From: Minisyncoccota bacterium | GTDB taxonomy: Bacteria; Patescibacteriota; Minisyncoccia; Phycocordibacterales; UBA2100 | Direction: 5' to 3' | Length of the DNA stretch: 64,000 nucleotides | Assembly (NCBI GenBank): GCA_035500505.1 | Contig: DATJXE010000005.1 | Location: 318 to 64,317 of the forward strand | In this document: in pieces, positions 57,727 through 64,000 of the stretch | Layout: each line of letters opens with the position of its first letter | Numbering within the stretch: the stretch's first letter is position 1 | The notes under the pieces: model-generated | Databases searched by the model: none | Told to the model about the DNA's origin: nothing | Seen by the model: only the letters and a program-made list of their open reading frames with translations | Made by a program: the position numbers and the translations under genes

Positions 57727-58505
57727 GGCGTCACGTACACGTACTGCAAGGAGGCAAAACTGACCGGAAGCGCGATGGATATGCCTGCCTGCGCGTTGGC
57801 GGGATTCGAGTCGACATGTTGGACGATGCCGACGGGCCGGTTGCCGAACCCGGGCGCGAGCACCGGATCGTTCTGCGAAACTGCGACGCCGCGCGGAAGC
57901 AGCGCTTGCGCCTCGCCGCCCTGTCCCGTGGCAACGGTCTGGGCGCCGTCGATGGACACGCCTGTCTGAACGCCCGGCGCGAAGAGTTGTTCGACCAGCG
58001 ATTGGTGTTCCTGGACTTGCGTGACTTTTCCGATGACGAATCCACCCTGCATGAGAACGAGCGAACCCTCGGCGACACCGTCCGCTCTTCCCGCGCCGAC
58101 CGTGAACGTGCCGTAGGGAGAGCTTATGACGGACGACGTGACCGGCGCCGCGAGTCCAGGGGACGTTTGCGCGAGGTGCGTAAGCTGCGAAAGCGACGCA
58201 TTTTCTTGCTGCAGCACCTGGAATGCTGCTACCTGAAGTTGTCCTTGCAGGAGTTCCTCCTGGAGGGCCGCGACCTGCGCTTCAAGCGCGCTGCGCGACG
58301 TAAAGAACCCGCTTTGCGCAATGCCGTTCCCGATGGTTGCACCAACGCCCCATACGGGAGCGACGATGTCCCGCGCGGCGGCCGAAAGCTTGCCGCCGCT
58401 CGCCATGTTGACGAGCACGACCAGGAGCGCCCCGAGCGTAACGAAGAAGAGGCGGCGCCGGCCGATGCGTGCGGATGGCGCCGCGCTGCGGAATCTGGTT
58501 TCCAT
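57723..58505 (-). CDS. mreC: Rod shape-determining protein MreC
   Basis: TM, coiled coil (QENASL), GRADGV..G beta domains; follows mreB. Confidence 0.85.
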   Translation of the reverse strand: METRFRSAAPSARIGRRRLFFVTLGALLVVLVNMASGGKLSAAARDIVAPVWGVGATIGNGIAQSGFFTSRSALEAQVAALQEELLQGQLQVAAFQVLQQENASLSQLTHLAQTSPGLAAPVTSSVISSPYGTFTVGAGRADGVAEGSLVLMQGGFVIGKVTQVQEHQSLVEQLFAPGVQTGVSIDGAQTVATGQGGEAQALLPRGVAVSQNDPVLAPGFGNRPVGIVQHVDSNPANAQAGISIALPVSFASLQYVYVTP

Positions 58506-58508
58506 ACG

Positions 58509-59591
58509 CTATTCGGTCGGCACAAGCTCCTCGTCGCTGCCAAGCAACGTGTCGCGATAGGTTTCCATGTCGTTGAGCACGGCCGACGTGCCGCGCACCA
58601 CCGCCGTGAGCGGGTCCGGCGCGACGACGACGGCGACCCCGAGGTGACGAGTCAAAAGTTCCGGAAGCCCGCGGATAAGGGCGCCGCCCCCCGCAAGAAA
58701 GATGCCGCGCAGCATGACGTCGGAGATTATCTCGGGCGGCGTCGTTTCGAGGACTTCCTTGACCGCCTCGATGAGATCCTCCACCGAGTGCCCGATGGCG
58801 TTCCTGATGTCCTGGTCGGTGATGACGATCTCGCGCGGAAGCCCCGTTACGAGGTCGCGTCCGCGTATGACGGCTTCGCGCACGTCGCGCGAAGGCTGGA
58901 CATTGGCGATGGCCATTTTTATCTCCTCTGCGGTCTTCTCGCCTATCAAAAGCTTGAATTCGTTCCTGATGTGCGCGGCGATGTCAGTGTTGAATTTGTC
59001 GCCCGCGATGCGCACGTTGCGCGAATTGACCAGACCGCCGAGCGAGACGATGCCGATGTCGGTCGTCCCGCCGCCGATGTCGATGATCATGCTGCCGGTC
59101 GGTTCGTGGATGGGAAGTTCGATGCCGATGGCGGCCGCCATCGGTTCCTCGATGATATGTACCTCGCGCGCGCCGGCCGCGCGCGCCGCGTCGCGCACCG
59201 CGCGCACTTCGACCGAGGTGATGCCCGAGGGGACCCCGACCGCAACGCGCGGCCCGAGCATCTTCGTGTGACCCTCCTGCGCTTTGTTGATGAGGTATGA
59301 AAGCATTTCGCTCGTTACTTCGAAGTCTGAAATGACGCCGTCGATGACCGGCTGCACGGCGACGATGTGCGCGGGCGTGCGCCCTAGCATGTCCTTGGCC
59401 TGCTGCCCGACCGCGACGATCTGCCCGGTCTTTTGGTTCACGGCAACGATCGAGGGCTCGTTGATGACGATGCCGCGGCCCTTCACGTAGACGAGCGTGT
59501 TGGCAGTGCCGAGGTCGATGCCGATGTCGTTGGAGAAAAGACCGAGGAACGAATCTTTCCAGCGTCGCAAGGTGTCCATGAAGCCCTTCAT
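58509..59591 (-). CDS. mreB: Rod shape-determining protein MreB
   Basis: IGIDLGTANT, EEPMAAAIG, DIGGGTT, AGGGAL. Confidence 0.96.
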   Translation of the reverse strand: MKGFMDTLRRWKDSFLGLFSNDIGIDLGTANTLVYVKGRGIVINEPSIVAVNQKTGQIVAVGQQAKDMLGRTPAHIVAVQPVIDGVISDFEVTSEMLSYLINKAQEGHTKMLGPRVAVGVPSGITSVEVRAVRDAARAAGAREVHIIEEPMAAAIGIELPIHEPTGSMIIDIGGGTTDIGIVSLGGLVNSRNVRIAGDKFNTDIAAHIRNEFKLLIGEKTAEEIKMAIANVQPSRDVREAVIRGRDLVTGLPREIVITDQDIRNAIGHSVEDLIEAVKEVLETTPPEIISDVMLRGIFLAGGGALIRGLPELLTRHLGVAVVVAPDPLTAVVRGTSAVLNDMETYRDTLLGSDEELVPTE

Positions 59592-59592
59592 A

Positions 59593-60846
59593 CTATTTCT
59601 GGAGTGCTTGCACAACCTCGCTGTCCGAGACAAAGCTCGTCGTGCCTCCTGCGCGCTCTATCCGTTCGATCCCGCCTTCCGACATCGTCTTTTCGGAAAC
59701 GACGAGACGCACCGGAATGCCGATGAGGTCGGCGTCCGCGAATTTCTCGCCGGCGCGCACGTCGCGATCGTCGTACAAGACTTCGATGCTGTTCTCGTTC
59801 AAAAGCTCGTATATCCGGTCCGCTTCCTTGACGACATCGGCGTTCCCGCCGGAAATAGAGACGAGATGCACTTTGAACGGCGCGACCTCTTCGGGCCAGA
59901 CGATCCCCTTGTCGTCGGAGAATTTTTCGACCAAAACGCCCATGAGCCTGGTGATGCCGATCCCGTACGAACCCATCCACACCGGAGTATCCTTGCCTTC
60001 CGCGTCCTTGATGGTGAGGCCGAGGTCCGTCGCCTTTTGCTGTCCGAAATTAAAGATGTTGCCGACCTCCGCCGTGTGCACTTTTTCCAGCGAACTTCTC
60101 GAGGTGCCGAGGTTCGAAAGCGTCTCTTCGTTCATGACCTCTTCGTTGATGGCGATGCCTTTCTTGGCATCGAGGTATATCGTGTCTTCGCCGGTCTCGC
60201 ACACCGTCTGGAATTCATGGCTGAACTTGGTGAACGCTCCGCCCGCGGCAAAGGTGACATAGGTGCTGTCGCCGAGGCCAAGCCGCTCAAAGACGCGCAT
60301 GTATGCGGGCTTCGTTGATTCGTAATATGCAAGGTGCGACGCCTCGTCCGCCGCGAAGGAATACATGTCTTTCATGACGAATTCCCTCCCCCGCATGATG
60401 CCGCTTTTCGCGCGTGCCTCGTTCCGGAATTTCGTTTGGAATTGATATACGGATACGGGCAAGTCCTTGTAGCTCGATAGGAAATTCTTCATCATGTCGC
60501 CGATCGGTTCTTCGTGGCTCCACGCCAAGCCGACCTCGCCGCCGGCTTTCAGCTCCGATTTGAACCACACGTCCACGACCTGGTCGCTCCACCGGCTTGT
60601 GCGTTCCCACAACTCCTTCCGCTGCAGCGCCGTCATGATGATCTCCTGTCCGCGGATCGCGTTCATCTCTTCGCGTACGACTTGCTTAATCCTCTCGAGC
60701 ACGCGCAGCCCGAGCGGCAGGTAGGCGTATACGCCGGCCATCTCTTTGTGAATGTATCCCGCGCGGATGAGGAGCTGCGCGTTCTTCGCGACCTCGTCCT
60801 TCGGAGCGGATTTCCGGGTTTTGGTGAAAAGCTCCGATTGGCGCAT
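59593..60846 (-). CDS. proS: Proline--tRNA ligase (short, no editing insertion)
   Basis: MRQS.LF, LLIRAGYI, KFRNE.R...RGREFVMKDMYSF, GSYGIG, DADLIGIP. Confidence 0.95.
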   Translation of the reverse strand: MRQSELFTKTRKSAPKDEVAKNAQLLIRAGYIHKEMAGVYAYLPLGLRVLERIKQVVREEMNAIRGQEIIMTALQRKELWERTSRWSDQVVDVWFKSELKAGGEVGLAWSHEEPIGDMMKNFLSSYKDLPVSVYQFQTKFRNEARAKSGIMRGREFVMKDMYSFAADEASHLAYYESTKPAYMRVFERLGLGDSTYVTFAAGGAFTKFSHEFQTVCETGEDTIYLDAKKGIAINEEVMNEETLSNLGTSRSSLEKVHTAEVGNIFNFGQQKATDLGLTIKDAEGKDTPVWMGSYGIGITRLMGVLVEKFSDDKGIVWPEEVAPFKVHLVSISGGNADVVKEADRIYELLNENSIEVLYDDRDVRAGEKFADADLIGIPVRLVVSEKTMSEGGIERIERAGGTTSFVSDSEVVQALQK

Positions 60847-61025
60847 AGCGCCCTATCATAACGCATTTCCCTATCGCGCGACAACTTCACTTGACCTTCA
60901 TCAAAATCCAGGTACACTGCTCCGGCTTGTGCGCCCCCTGTTGGTCGGATAGCACGAGACACCTCGCAGGTGTTCTTTTCGCGATTCTGCAAGGCTCGAC
61001 CTTAATAAAGAGGGAAAAGGAAAAG

Positions 61026-61217
61026 ATGAAACACAGCGATGGGCGGGAATACTTACCGCATCCCAAGGGAACGCCGCGACATGTTCCCCTTCAGTACACG
61101 CGGCCATTCCGCCTCCTGGAAGAACCGACGACTGATCCCAATGTTTCGCAAATGATGCCGATGCAGCAGCATGGCGGATCGAATCGGAAGGGCCCGAGTC
61201 TGGGAGGACGGGTGTAA
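61026..61217 (+). CDS. Possible small hypothetical protein (63 aa)
   Basis: ATG after purine-rich AAGGAAAAG, followed by hairpin 61251-61273; no recognisable motif. Confidence 0.35.
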   Translation: MKHSDGREYLPHPKGTPRHVPLQYTRPFRLLEEPTTDPNVSQMMPMQQHGGSNRKGPSLGGRV

Positions 61218-61281
61218 GCGCTCCCCTGTTGAGCGCCAACAAAAACAAGAGCCGGTGACCTCGTGTCACCGGCCAATCTTT

Positions 61282-62373
61282 TTATGTAAACAACCGCGCG
61301 ATGTCGTGATAGGTCACCGTGACCATGAGCAGGATGATGAGCGCGACGCCGATGGTATTGAGAAGCTGAACGACGAGCTTGGGCGCGCTCTTGCGCATGA
61401 TGGCTTCGAGAAAGAGTACGACGAGGCGGCCGCCGTCGAGCGCGGGAATGGGAATGAGATTCACTATCGTAAGGTTGACCGAAATAAAGGCTGCGAGCTC
61501 GAGCACTTCTCCCCACCCGTTCCTCGCGGCATCGCCCACCTGGGAAACGAGTCCGACCGGTCCGACGACACCGGAGAGGTCCGGCGAGCCGTGTAAGGCC
61601 GTTTTCAATATCTGCCACAAACTTTGGGAAACGATGACGAACGAGCCCTCCGTCGTCCACAACGCTTGATGCATGGCCTCCAGGGGCGGCAAAGCGACGT
61701 TGGCGACGAGCACCAGGCCAACGCCGATCGCGGGGCGGCCGGCATTCTGCGGGTCGACGGAATTCGCGGGAATGATGGTCGACGTGGTCGTCGCATTACC
61801 GTGCAAATAGGTGAGCACGAGCTGCCGTCCGCCGCGATCCTCCACGAACGCGGCGACCGCGGTCGGCGTAAGCGCCGCAGGCATGTTTCCCTGCTGGTCT
61901 TCCAAAGAAAGGATCCTGTCGCCGGCCGTGATGCCTGCAGCCGAGGCCGGAGAGGCGGGAATGACGTCTGACACGAGAAGTTGTGAGGTCTCGTTGGGCT
62001 GGAGCTGGTCGACGATGCTCGGCACGCCGGTCGCAAGCGCACCGGCAAAAAGCGCCCACGCGACGATAGCGTTCATCAAAACTCCCGCGACGAGTACTAT
62101 CGCCTGTTTCCAGCGCGGAGAATCGATGAAGCTTCCCCTTCCGTGCTGGTCGCGGTCTTCCTCTTCGCCGTAGAGCCGCACGAACCCGCCGAACGGTATC
62201 CAGTTGAGCGTGTATTCGGTTCCGCCCGCCTTGCCGAAGAGGATGGCGCGCGGCGGAAACCCGATGCCGAATTCATCGACGCGAATGCCGAAAAGTTTTG
62301 CCGCTGCAAAATGCCCGAACTCGTGCGCGAGAATGAGGAATACGAGTATGACGATGACCAACACCACTGTCAT
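61282..62373 (-). CDS. RseP-like site-2 metalloprotease (M50, PDZ)
   Basis: HEFGH, GGFV, PDZ, NLIPIPALDGG. Confidence 0.94.
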   Translation of the reverse strand: MTVVLVIVILVFLILAHEFGHFAAAKLFGIRVDEFGIGFPPRAILFGKAGGTEYTLNWIPFGGFVRLYGEEEDRDQHGRGSFIDSPRWKQAIVLVAGVLMNAIVAWALFAGALATGVPSIVDQLQPNETSQLLVSDVIPASPASAAGITAGDRILSLEDQQGNMPAALTPTAVAAFVEDRGGRQLVLTYLHGNATTTSTIIPANSVDPQNAGRPAIGVGLVLVANVALPPLEAMHQALWTTEGSFVIVSQSLWQILKTALHGSPDLSGVVGPVGLVSQVGDAARNGWGEVLELAAFISVNLTIVNLIPIPALDGGRLVVLFLEAIMRKSAPKLVVQLLNTIGVALIILLMVTVTYHDIARLFT

Positions 62374-62389
62374 ACTGCTGCGCTTTGGG

Positions 62390-62941
62390 TCATGCGCCCA
62401 TCTCCGCTTCTTTCGCCTTGAACGCGCTCTCAAAATCTTCGTTGGCCTTATCGACTTTCTTCTGCAATTCGTCTTTGAGCGAGAATTTGTCGTCTTCGGT
62501 TATCTTCGAATCGCGCTCCTTTTCCTGGATCTCCTTCCACGCTTCGTCACGCGCCACACGGATGGTGGTGCGGGCTTCTTCCACTTTCGCTTTCGCCATT
62601 TTCACGAGTTCGGTGCGGCGCTCGCCGGTGAGTTCCGGGAACGTGACGCGGACCAGGCTGCCGTCGGATGACGTTCCGACACCGAGATTGGCGGCGGTTA
62701 TCGCGCGCTCGATGTCCTTGAGCGTGGATGCGTCGTACGGTTGGACGCGGATGGTGCGCGCGTCCTCGACGCCGATCTGCGCCAGTTGTTTCAACGGCAT
62801 CAAAGAGCCGTACGCCGAGACCTGCACACCGTCGAGGATGGCCGGGTTGGCGCGACCGGTGCGGAAGTTGCGGAATTCCTTCGCGAGCCACTCTTTGGCG
62901 GCCGCGAATTTCTGGTCAAGCTGTTTGAAGTCGTAGGGCAT
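62390..62941 (-). CDS. frr: Ribosome recycling factor
   Basis: RTGRANP, PELTGERR, ITEDD. Confidence 0.96.
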   Translation of the reverse strand: MPYDFKQLDQKFAAAKEWLAKEFRNFRTGRANPAILDGVQVSAYGSLMPLKQLAQIGVEDARTIRVQPYDASTLKDIERAITAANLGVGTSSDGSLVRVTFPELTGERRTELVKMAKAKVEEARTTIRVARDEAWKEIQEKERDSKITEDDKFSLKDELQKKVDKANEDFESAFKAKEAEMGA

Positions 62942-62953
62942 TGCAGCAGTATA

Positions 62954-63595
62954 TCAAATCAGGAGAGCGACTTGTTCGAGAAGTGCCTTGGCGAGCGAGC
63001 CTTTGTCCCCGATGAATTTTCGTGCTCGGTACACGGCTTCGAGGCCCTCCCGGTTCTTTTCGACGTCGCGTGAAAGCTCTTGTTCGAGCCCGGAGAGGAA
63101 CGCGATGGAAGCACCGAGGTCGCGCTTATCGTCCTCGTCTTTGTCGAGCAAGGGCTTCAGCATGTCGAGGCGCTTTTCCTGTTTTGCTTTCAAAAAAGCG
63201 GCCGGATCGACGAGAAGGTCGTTCCGGTCGGCGCCAAGCGCAAGCAGTTGGGCGCGCGAGCGGAGCGTCGGCAATAGCATCTGCGGCGACGGCACCACTA
63301 TAAAAAACAGTGCGTCGGCGGAAGGCTCTTCGAGTGTCTTCAAAAGTGCGTTCTGCGCCTCGTTCGTCATGCTCGGAGCGAACACGATGAAAACGCGGCG
63401 CGCGGAGGAAATCGCGCGCGAACTTGCCCGTGCACTCAACTCCCGCGCTTCGTCCACGCCGAACGAACCGTACTCTCGCACGTACACATCCGGGTTCCCG
63501 CGCGGCTCGATTCCCTCTTTCCGAAGCAATTCGACTATGGTTTCGAGAATTGACGAATCTCCCGCCACGAGCTGCACGTTGCCGACAAAATCCAT
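62954..63595 (-). CDS. holB: DNA polymerase III delta-prime-like protein (short)
   Basis: AQNALLKTLEEP, LLPTLRSR; no Walker A. Confidence 0.78.
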   Translation of the reverse strand: MDFVGNVQLVAGDSSILETIVELLRKEGIEPRGNPDVYVREYGSFGVDEARELSARASSRAISSARRVFIVFAPSMTNEAQNALLKTLEEPSADALFFIVVPSPQMLLPTLRSRAQLLALGADRNDLLVDPAAFLKAKQEKRLDMLKPLLDKDEDDKRDLGASIAFLSGLEQELSRDVEKNREGLEAVYRARKFIGDKGSLAKALLEQVALLI

Positions 63596-63610
63596 ATTTT
63601 GGATTGTACC

Positions 63611-64000
63611 CTACCGCTTCGCGATGATGGCTTTTTTGTAGGTATCCAAATGCTTGAGTGCTTCGCCGGTTCCTTTGGCGACACAGAAAGGTGCGTCTTT
63701 GGCGAGGCGCGCTTTGACGCCGGTGCGGCGGAAGACGAGTTCCGGCAAATTGCGCAGGAGCGACGAGCCGCCCGTCATGGTGATGCCGTTGTCGATGATG
63801 TCGGCCGCCAATTCCGGCGGCGTGTCTTGCAACACGTCCTTGATGGCCTGGATCATCGTGCGCAACTCCTTCCCTATCGCGCGCACCACTTCGTTGGTGC
63901 CGAGCTCGATGGAGCGCGGCAATCCGGTGAGATGGTCACGTCCTTTCACCGTCATCGTGAGTTCTTCATCGACGGGCACGGCCGACCCGATCTGTATCTT
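63611..64000 (-). CDS. Second MreB/Mbl paralog (5' end outside window)
   Basis: KGRDHLTGLP, TPPELAADI, TGGSSLLRNL, CVAKGTG. Confidence 0.92.
   Translation of the reverse strand, partial: KIQIGSAVPVDEELTMTVKGRDHLTGLPRSIELGTNEVVRAIGKELRTMIQAIKDVLQDTPPELAADIIDNGITMTGGSSLLRNLPELVFRRTGVKARLAKDAPFCVAKGTGEALKHLDTYKKAIIAKR

Noticed and set aside
1-64000. Alternative genetic code (UGA=Gly as in Gracilibacteria)
   Set aside because: Conserved genes are full length under code 11, and several end in TGA at ATGA overlaps.

Overview
This 64 kb window is gene-dense, mostly minus-strand core chromosome of a small-genome bacterium using genetic code 11 (TGA is used as stop, including in overlapping ATGA junctions). 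Gene content and order suggest Patescibacteria/CPR, probably Parcubacteria; this is an inference. Core content: six compact aminoacyl-tRNA synthetases (cysS partial, gltX, aspS, trpS, alaS, proS), cell-wall and shape genes (murG, ftsW, mraY, dac, mltG, pbp2-mreD-mreC-mreB, a second mreB), grpE-dnaK-dnaJ, the infA-rpmJ-rpsM-rpsK-rpsD-rpoA-rplQ-rplM-rpsI block, DNA-repair genes, a Fur/Zur-type metal ABC uptake locus and four tRNAs. I see no CRISPR array, integrase, transposase or rRNA. Most notable: (1) an orphan FabH/KAS-III ketosynthase next to an orphan multi-TM histidine kinase, a candidate signal-synthase/receptor pair; (2) pervasive leaderless architecture, with a TAnnnT hexamer 6-8 nt before the ATG in about 28 genes; (3) several intergenic 100-135 nt elements with 20-27 bp terminal inverted repeats; (4) a tRNA-Pro(CGG) enclosed in an 18-bp flanking helix and preceded by an exact 30-nt copy of its own 5' end; (5) twin TGCAA-N5-TTGCA operator candidates at the fur/zur divergent promoter. 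All calls come from reading motifs by eye; no searches were run.
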